The notes under the pieces: generated by a model | What the model saw: the letters and a program-made list of their open reading frames with translations, nothing else | Database searches by the model: none | Told to the model about the DNA's origin: nothing | Source: a virus | Lineage: Duplodnaviria; Heunggongvirae; Uroviricota; Caudoviricetes | Reading direction: 5' to 3' (one strand) | DNA length: 43,689 nt | Virus record (IMG/VR): IMGVR_UViG_3300045988_038444 | Location: 1 to 43,689 of that record | Made by a program: the position numbers and the translations under genes | Shown: positions 38,201 to 43,689 of the stretch, piece by piece | Position numbering within the stretch: position 1 is the stretch's first letter | Layout of the letters: every line of letters starts with the position of its first letter

Positions 38201-38533
38201 ATGAATATTAAAGACCACAACGGATTATTTAAAGAAGTTCTTACCGTTCGTCTTGAACGTAATGCACAACCTGAATACGGGCAAAATGCCGTTTACTGTG
38301 TTCATTTTAAAGACACTACATTTTCATATTTTGAAGATGATGTAGACACTGTTGAAATTGGTGGCGACCTTTCAATATTCGTAAAACTTTATAATACTGA
38401 ACTTATGACTTACATGCTTCAAACGGTCCTGAATACGTTCGGTCGCACTGACGGGGTGTGTGTCACTACTCAGACAAAACAACAGGTGTTGCAAAACATC
38501 CGTGAACTACTGGAGCGCGTCGACCATGGGTGA
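38201..38533 (+). CDS. hypothetical protein (110 aa)
   Basis: ATG 38201 lies downstream of AGGAG. The track start at 38156 falls inside the promoter. Confidence 0.55.
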   Translation: MNIKDHNGLFKEVLTVRLERNAQPEYGQNAVYCVHFKDTTFSYFEDDVDTVEIGGDLSIFVKLYNTELMTYMLQTVLNTFGRTDGVCVTTQTKQQVLQNIRELLERVDHG

Positions 38534-38708
38534 TAAACCAAGTCTGACACCGTGGCGGATCCGTTTAAATGGTGATGATATTAGTACCATTTATGCTTAT
38601 CAGGATAAACCACGAAATTTAGCGCTGGGGCAATACGCGCAATTATTCATGTTGTCGTCCTGGCAAATTGTGCAACGCACACTGGAAAAGATTAAAAGGG
38701 GTTGTTGA
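38526..38708 (+). CDS. hypothetical protein (60 aa)
   Basis: The start MGDKPSLTPW overlaps the upstream stop (ATGGGTGA). Confidence 0.5.
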   Translation: MGDKPSLTPWRIRLNGDDISTIYAYQDKPRNLALGQYAQLFMLSSWQIVQRTLEKIKRGC

Positions 38709-38860
38709 TGATCATGAAACGCGTCGCCATTTCTGGTGTGGCCATTTTAATTCTTATAATAGTGTTTAGCATATTAATAGATAAAGGTGTGGATAATTTA
38801 TGTTTGCTTAATTTTATCAGTGTTACTTCTTTTTACCTTGGGTTATGGTGTTCAAAATAA
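38708..38860 (+). CDS. small membrane protein (50 aa)
   Basis: MIMKRVAISGVAILILIIVFSILI... TGATG overlap upstream. Below the track cutoff. Confidence 0.4.
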   Translation: MIMKRVAISGVAILILIIVFSILIDKGVDNLCLLNFISVTSFYLGLWCSK

Positions 38861-39249
38861 TGTGGAACATCTGTCATAAATCCGGGCGAGTACTGTTCAC
38901 TACGAATGATGAACGGACCGCTATGAATCGTGCTAAATATGGGTGGAGGGTTAAAAAAGTGGATGACCGTTACGAAATTGCAAAACAGCACGGAATGTCG
39001 ATAGAGTTCATCGACTGGTTTTGGGAGAACAAGAAAGCCAGTTTAGGTAGTGTCTGGTTTATCACTATGAGTACAATGTGGGAAGGGTGGAAAGGCGCGT
39101 TAGGTGATCCCGTGGGTGAAATTGTTGAAAGACCGTGTGAAGCAGAACTACGTTCTCCCGGTGAAACATACAAATACCTGCGTGGAAAACTCAACATGGA
39201 ACGTATGCCAGTAGGTACAAAGTTTTACGCCAGCCGAAACCCCTGTTAA
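38860..39249 (+). CDS. hypothetical protein (129 aa)
   Basis: ATG 38860 overlaps the upstream stop (TAATG). ATG 38845 is an alternative start. Confidence 0.5.
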   Translation: MWNICHKSGRVLFTTNDERTAMNRAKYGWRVKKVDDRYEIAKQHGMSIEFIDWFWENKKASLGSVWFITMSTMWEGWKGALGDPVGEIVERPCEAELRSPGETYKYLRGKLNMERMPVGTKFYASRNPC

Positions 39250-39320
39250 ATTATTGTAAAACCCATACCATTCTTACCAGTTCCGCACTACCCTGAAACT
39301 ATCAAACAGGAGTGCGGAAC

Positions 39321-39527
39321 ATGTTCAGATACGTTTTAAAATTACTCGCCATTATTGCAACATGGCTAATCATACAGTCCGGGTATGACCTGCGTGTTCG
39401 TAACCAATGTTCAGACTATCAACGCATTACACGAACTGCGACAATCTACAGTCACGGTATTTGTTACGCGGCAGACAGTGACGGACAGTTTAAAATAATT
39501 CTTGACGGTTTACACATCATCAGATAG
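39321..39527 (+). CDS. small protein with an N-terminal signal/TMD (68 aa)
   Basis: AGGAG, 8 nt, then ATG 39321. Encodes MFRYVLKLLAIIATWLIIQSG... Its last codons lie inside promoter cassette P8. Confidence 0.5.
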   Translation: MFRYVLKLLAIIATWLIIQSGYDLRVRNQCSDYQRITRTATIYSHGICYAADSDGQFKIILDGLHIIR

Positions 39528-39530
39528 ACT
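39489..39530 (+). promoter_or_regulatory. conserved sigma70 promoter cassette P8
   Basis: TTTAAAATAATTC + TTGACG (39502-39507), 17 nt, TAGACT (39525-39530). Confidence 0.65.
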
Positions 39531-39562
39531 TCAGTTTGTGTAAAACAACTGGAGTTATCACC

Positions 39563-39829
39563 ATGTTTAAAACTGGTCAACACGTAGAAGTCACCAGTCC
39601 ACGACTGTTAGAAGTTCTCGCACGTCGCAAATCTAAACCGTTCGGCACTGTTGTAGCGGTCGATCCGCAAGCTGAATACCCGGTTAAAGTTCGCATCACT
39701 GACGATACAGGGTTTCAAATCCCCTTCACGTTCAACGGTGAACAGTGCGATTACACTTTCTCATTTACTATGAACGGTCATCATGACCATCGTAGCCTGA
39801 CACCTGATTTAAGAGTGGTGAATGTATGA
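39563..39829 (+). CDS. hypothetical protein (88 aa)
   Basis: ATG 39563 follows GGAG. The track start at 39536 is upstream of the RBS. Confidence 0.55.
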   Translation: MFKTGQHVEVTSPRLLEVLARRKSKPFGTVVAVDPQAEYPVKVRITDDTGFQIPFTFNGEQCDYTFSFTMNGHHDHRSLTPDLRVVNV

Positions 39830-40068
39830 TGAGTACGAAAACAACAATTATCAACTGTTTTCGGAAAGTTACTGGGTACGATCCGAATGTAATTATCACC
39901 GCCAACGGTTTGTATTATTCGGTAGATAATTATGGTCTGAACAATACTTTATGGAGTGTTCCACCACAACAAATTATTACTGACCATAAACAACCACATC
40001 GTAAAACAGGTATTGCAAAAGCCCGACGCGATGCGAAGAAAAGAAGGAACCGGAAATTAAACGGTTGA
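39826..40068 (+). CDS. hypothetical protein (80 aa) with a basic C-terminus
   Basis: ATGA overlap upstream. Confidence 0.55.
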   Translation: MMSTKTTIINCFRKVTGYDPNVIITANGLYYSVDNYGLNNTLWSVPPQQIITDHKQPHRKTGIAKARRDAKKRRNRKLNG

Positions 40069-40102
40069 TTATCTCATTCACAAATTAAACAGGAAAACAA
40101 AT

Positions 40103-41017
40103 ATGAACTTCTTTAAAAACGCTATTATTTATCGTCTGACTAATCCTATGGCACTAATGGCCCAGTTGCCAACACTGGAAGACAGCCTGTGTGCGTTTCA
40201 ATTCAATCCATGTGGTTCACAGGATATGGCGCGTACTGGTTGGGTTCCGGCAACTGAACAACATCATACGCTGGTTCACCAGGCTAATGGGCAATATCTG
40301 CTGACCATCCAGAAACAGGAAAAGATTATTCCTGGTCCGGTCATTAAACAGCATCTGAACGCGCGAATCGCCAAACTGGAAGCGGAACAGGCGCGTAAAC
40401 TGAAGAAAACAGAGAAAGATAGCCTGAAAGATGAAGTATTGCACAGTCTGTTACCACGAGCATTCGTTAAAAACAGTCGTACACAGTTGTGGATTGATAT
40501 CACTAGCGGGTTGATCGTGGTTGATGCGTCCAGTGCTAAACGGACTGAAGACGCATTAGCACTATTGCGTAAATCCCTGGGTAGTCTGCCAGTCGTCCCA
40601 CTGACAACTGAAAACCCTGTTGAACTGACAACAACGGAGTGGGTACGTTCAGGAAACGCGCCAACAGGTTTCACAATGGGTGATTCTGCGGAATTGAAAG
40701 CAATCCTGACTGACGGCGGTGTTGCACGCGTTAAAAAACAGGATTTAACCAGTGATGAAATAGCCACGCATATTGAAGCAGGAAAAGTTGTTACAAAACT
40801 GGCTCTGAACTGGCTGCAGCGGGTAACGTTTACGCTAACTGACAGCATGACGTTAAACCGTGTGAAATTCTGCGACGGGTTGCTCGACCAGAACGACGAT
40901 ATCGATCGTGAAGACAGTCTGACACGATTTGACGCTGATTTTGTACTAATGACAGGTGAACTTCAGGCGCTGATCAAACAACTTATCACTGCTTTGGGTG
41001 GGGAGGCTAAACGATGA
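40103..41017 (+). CDS. rdgC: recombination-associated protein RdgC homolog
   Basis: 304 aa, colinear with E. coli RdgC as I recall it: FKNxxxYRL, [16 protein letters not shown], [31 protein letters not shown], [16 protein letters not shown], [25 protein letters not shown], DIDREDxxxRFDADFxLMTGEL, GLGGEA. Confidence 0.9.
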   Translation: MNFFKNAIIYRLTNPMALMAQLPTLEDSLCAFQFNPCGSQDMARTGWVPATEQHHTLVHQANGQYLLTIQKQEKIIPGPVIKQHLNARIAKLEAEQARKLKKTEKDSLKDEVLHSLLPRAFVKNSRTQLWIDITSGLIVVDASSAKRTEDALALLRKSLGSLPVVPLTTENPVELTTTEWVRSGNAPTGFTMGDSAELKAILTDGGVARVKKQDLTSDEIATHIEAGKVVTKLALNWLQRVTFTLTDSMTLNRVKFCDGLLDQNDDIDREDSLTRFDADFVLMTGELQALIKQLITALGGEAKR

Positions 41018-41346
41018 GAACAGAACAGGAACGTATTATTCAGTGGTTATGTTCTGGTGAAACCGGACTAAGCTCTAAAACGATGGTCTGCATTCACACG
41101 GGTAATGAAATGGGTTACGGCTGGGAGTTTAGAGCACCCTTTGACGTTTCTGATTTTCGCCGTTGTTGGTTCCTGGTTGAAGCTGTGCCAGAAATCAGAA
41201 ACAGTTTTCCGTTGATTGCTGAAAAGTGTCCGGCGTTTAAAGGTGTGATTGAAAACTGGGACGTTATTAGCGCAGCTTATGAACGTGAACGCGGATCCGG
41301 TAAATGTCCTGAAACGTATCGGTTACTGAAAGAAAGTTTAAAATAA
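41014..41346 (+). CDS. hypothetical protein (110 aa)
   Basis: ATGA overlap with rdgC. Its last codons lie inside promoter cassette P9. Confidence 0.55.
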   Translation: MRTEQERIIQWLCSGETGLSSKTMVCIHTGNEMGYGWEFRAPFDVSDFRRCWFLVEAVPEIRNSFPLIAEKCPAFKGVIENWDVISAAYERERGSGKCPETYRLLKESLK

Positions 41347-41378
41347 TTCTTGACGGGTTGCACAAGGAAGTGTAATAT
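41337..41378 (+). promoter_or_regulatory. conserved sigma70 promoter cassette P9
   Basis: TTTAAAATAATTC + TTGACG (41350-41355), 17 nt, TAATAT (41373-41378). Confidence 0.7.
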
Positions 41379-41412
41379 TACCTCATTGAAACGAATTATG
41401 AGGAACCGGAAA

Positions 41413-41604
41413 ATGTTATTTACAAAAGAATGGTATGAAATCATGGAGTCTTTCGAAAAGAATTGCAAAGGGCGTTTTCGTTTTGACCGTGAAGAAAAAG
41501 AAATGTGGAAAATTGGTGCGTACTATCAGCAAGGAGAATGTAACGAGTGGTTCAAAATGTTTCTTGCTGGTTATATGGCTGGTCGTGCTACTTATCTCAA
41601 CTAA
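41413..41604 (+). CDS. hypothetical protein (63 aa)
   Basis: ATG 41413 follows GAGGAA. The track start at 41350 is the -35 hexamer. Confidence 0.5.
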   Translation: MLFTKEWYEIMESFEKNCKGRFRFDREEKEMWKIGAYYQQGECNEWFKMFLAGYMAGRATYLN

Positions 41605-41614
41605 TGCGTAAAAC

Positions 41615-41634
41615 GCCCCGTAAGGGGCTTTCTT
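41615..41634 (+). terminator. intrinsic terminator ending the plus-strand island
   Basis: GCCCC-GTAA-GGGGC followed by TTTCTT. Confidence 0.65.
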
Positions 41635-41697
41635 ATATCACCCTGTACCCTTGCACCACCCATCAACAGATCGTCGAAACGCAAACGGTTTCCGGCG

Positions 41698-42333
41698 TTA
41701 TTTAAGCGCTTTCTGATACAGTTGCGCGATGTCGTCAATAGTTGCACCTTCAGGAACACTCTGAACCACGTTTCCAACCACACCAGACAATTCCACACGG
41801 TCGATACTGTTCCCGGTGATCTTATCCAGTTGTTCAGACGCTTTTGCACGAGTTTTCGGGTCGAACAGTTCACGTGTCACCAGAATGTATCCACCCAGCA
41901 TGTAACGTTTGTAGCAAACTACGTACTGTTGTAGATGGCTGGGGATATCGTCGGTACTGTTCACCCACAGGTGTTTCGCTTCCGTGTCGTCTTCACCAGG
42001 AACGATGACACGCTGACAATACGGTTCCAGTAATTCTTCAGCCGTGCTTGCCGCTCGTTTCCACCACTCGACACGACTCGTTAACGATTCCCCTACAGAC
42101 TCAAGCGCATGACTTCCCATCGCGTCCAGATAGTTCAACACCTTCGTATTCGACAGGAGGCGATGTGCGGTCGTTGCAGCCGCTGCATCAGACGTGTGAC
42201 CCGGATAAGCCTCTAAAACACATCGCGTATTGCTGAAGCCGTTATTGACACGATCTAACCACAGGTTGGCGAACTTGAGCTGTTCCGGCGACAACTCCAG
42301 AGCAGCCCTTTTAGCCCGGTCTGAAATTTTCAT
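41698..42333 (-). CDS. terS: terminase small subunit
   Basis: The start is taken at MKISDRAKRA (GGGAGA, 7 nt, ATG 42333). LSPEQLKFANLWL...CVLEAYPGHTSDAAAATTAHRLLSNTKVLNYL matches the Terminase_2-type N-terminal DNA-binding region. Confidence 0.75.
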   Translation of the reverse strand: MKISDRAKRAALELSPEQLKFANLWLDRVNNGFSNTRCVLEAYPGHTSDAAAATTAHRLLSNTKVLNYLDAMGSHALESVGESLTSRVEWWKRAASTAEELLEPYCQRVIVPGEDDTEAKHLWVNSTDDIPSHLQQYVVCYKRYMLGGYILVTRELFDPKTRAKASEQLDKITGNSIDRVELSGVVGNVVQSVPEGATIDDIAQLYQKALK

Positions 42334-42605
42334 AAATTTGTCTCCCATAAATTTTAAATTAGTTTCCCACAGATACCCACGGGTTGTCCACACGCCCTGT
42401 TTTACAGCTAATACAATGTTAATATTAAGTTTACAGTTAGTGCACAATATGCATTAATTTTCGACTATATACATAAATACGTAGCCCATAATCACAATGA
42501 TTTCAAAGACTTGCATAAAAACATAGATTACAATAGGTATCTCCCAGACTTTTATTTTAGCTCTATTTACAGCTAATACACTATATGCACTATCTCTATC
42601 TTTCT

Positions 42606-42713
42606 ATACTACTTCTTCTTTATATCTATGTTTTCTATGTTATCTATAAAAAGATAATAAAAAGAATAAGATAGAGAAGGGTCGGTTAAAAAATAAACAT
42701 GACGAAATCTATG
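42606..42713. repeat. dispersed ~105-bp AT-rich repeat, copy 2 (partner at 27531-27637)
   Basis: Direct-orientation copy with few mismatches. Contains a degenerate version of the promoter cassette (TTAAAAAATAAACATGACGAAAT). Confidence 0.8.
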
Positions 42714-42729
42714 TTAAGTATAACTTTAA

Positions 42730-42913
42730 TGCACAACATGCACTATATAATTCACAACGTGCATTAGCTGTGCCAACATAGATACACAACGTGCACTAAC
42801 AGTTAATACACAACGTGCATCTTGCACTAACTGCTAAAGCACAACATGCACTAAGTGTAAATACACTAACATATAAAGCACGTCTTGCACTAGCTGCTAA
42901 TGCACGTTATGAT
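42730..42913. promoter_or_regulatory. iteron/operator array (at least 6 sites, core CACAAYRTGCA / TGCACGTYNTG)
   Basis: Sites at 42730-42742, 42751-42763, 42783-42795, 42807-42819 and 42838-42850, plus inverted-orientation variants at 42877-42889 and 42901-42913. A further site lies at 42441-42453. Confidence 0.5.
42885..42913 (+). promoter_or_regulatory. candidate sigma70 promoter for the gene at 42945 (TTGCAC, 17 nt, TATGAT), overlapped by iteron-like sites
   Basis: TTGCAC 42885-42890 and TATGAT 42908-42913. Lies about 30 nt upstream of the RBS AAGAAGGG. Confidence 0.45.
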
Positions 42914-42944
42914 TTATCCGTGGTCAAACAAGAAGGGTATGATA

Positions 42945-43689
42945 ATGAAAAAGAACCTTTTAGACGAATTAATAGATTTAAAAGGCGGGGTACAAAACGC
43001 TGTTGAATACCTTAATCGTCGAGGTGTTAAGGTGACTGTTGGTCGTTACAACCAATGGTTAAGCGGTAGGTTTCATCCTAAATATGAAACGATCAGTATT
43101 ATTCTTGAAGAGATTACTGACTTCACACTGTCACCCTTGCCAGTACAACATTCTGACGAAAACATTGTTCTTAAACACACAATACCGGTTACCGAACTGC
43201 GTCAGAAATTACCACACAGACGTTTTGCTAATAACTACTGGCAACGTGTCAGATACGTTGATTCACAGATCCTGGAAGCTGTTCACGGTCACGACGTGTG
43301 GACACGGTTTGAGGCGATGTGTGGTAATTTTGAATGTGCAAGATATGTGCTACGCAGAAATTTAAACGAACACACAATTACTGACAGTTGGATTCAAAAT
43401 GGTTTGCGCCGGGGATGGATCCCGGAATGTGTAAACGTAATGGTCGATTTGCTTGAAAAATACGAAGGCACCGGGACACCGTTTAACGTAATGGTTTGTG
43501 AACCACCTGTATCACGAGTGGAACCACCTGTATCACGAGTGGAAGCACCTGTATCACGAGTGGAACCACCTGTATCACGAGTGGAAGCACCTGTAGCACG
43601 AGTTGAAGCACCTGTAGCACGATTTGAACCGCCTGTAGTCGATGTCAGCGATTTGAAGGAGAAAATCAGACTGTATGCGTTATCACACA
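42945..43689 (+). CDS. N-terminal part of an HTH-containing, repeat-bearing protein; runs off the window end
   Basis: RBS AAGAAGGG, 7 nt, then ATG 42945. The frame is open to base 43689. The N-terminus ...GGVQNAVEYLNRRGVKVTVGRYNQWLSGRF is Cro/YdaS-like HTH. It ends in the (E-P/A-P-V-S/A-R-V)x7 repeats. There is no stop in the window, so it is absent from the track. Confidence 0.6.
   Translation, partial: MKKNLLDELIDLKGGVQNAVEYLNRRGVKVTVGRYNQWLSGRFHPKYETISIILEEITDFTLSPLPVQHSDENIVLKHTIPVTELRQKLPHRRFANNYWQRVRYVDSQILEAVHGHDVWTRFEAMCGNFECARYVLRRNLNEHTITDSWIQNGLRRGWIPECVNVMVDLLEKYEGTGTPFNVMVCEPPVSRVEPPVSRVEAPVSRVEPPVSRVEAPVARVEAPVARFEPPVVDVSDLKEKIRLYALSH
43500..43646. repeat. 21-bp tandem repeat, about 7 copies
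   Basis: gaaccacctgtatcacgagtg-type units start at 43500, 43521, 43542, 43563, 43584, 43605 and 43626. The distal units are progressively diverged. Confidence 0.95.

Noticed and set aside
40276-40848. 190-aa minus-strand ORF
   Set aside because: It lies entirely antisense within rdgC, which has a clear homology-supported reading frame. Its composition is Ser/Cys/Arg-rich and non-protein-like.
42606-42713. Degenerate cassette TTAAAAAATAAACATGACGAAAT (also at 27611-27633) as a tenth and eleventh promoter
   Set aside because: The -35 is ATGACG, and no acceptable -10 hexamer lies 16-18 nt downstream in either copy. It is treated as part of the dispersed repeat rather than as a functional promoter.

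Overview
The window looks like a nearly complete, tightly packed genome of a virulent siphovirus-type coliphage. No integrase, CI-type repressor, phage RNA polymerase, helicase or primase is recognisable. Minus-strand late genes: terS, terL, portal, Mu-F-like head protein, XkdF-like protease, scaffold, decoration protein, major capsid, connector/neck proteins, major tail protein, G/GT chaperones, tape measure, M/L/K/J-like tail tip proteins and a five-gene lysis cassette. These are repeatedly interrupted by plus-strand islands. Nine of these islands start with an almost identical sigma70 promoter cassette (TTTAAAATAATTCTTGACR, 17 nt, then a -10 hexamer). Plus-strand genes include a family-B-type DNA polymerase, a DPPY DNA methyltransferase, dUTPase, a host-like RdgC, an Imm-like membrane protein, two T5orf172-type homing-endonuclease-like genes and an endosialidase tailspike with a C-terminal chaperone domain, which implies a K1 polysialic-acid capsule host. 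From memory, and unverified, the layout resembles the K1-specific Kagunavirus/Guernseyvirinae phages. The most unusual item is a ~500-nt ORF-free, hairpin-dense segment inside the head operon (22954-23459, minus sense). It holds a tRNA-like module, long perfect inverted repeats, GAAA-loop hairpins and a perfect 14-nt complement of the 16S rRNA 3' end, and it ends at a strong terminator. Other notable items: an N-terminally truncated ssb; homing-endonuclease fossils; a -1 frameshift site in the tail chaperone gene; two to three homopolymer-associated frame disruptions; two related regulatory hubs with operators and iterons; and three in-frame tandem repeats, two of which sit at the window ends. 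All homology calls come from reading motifs and from recall. No searches were run.
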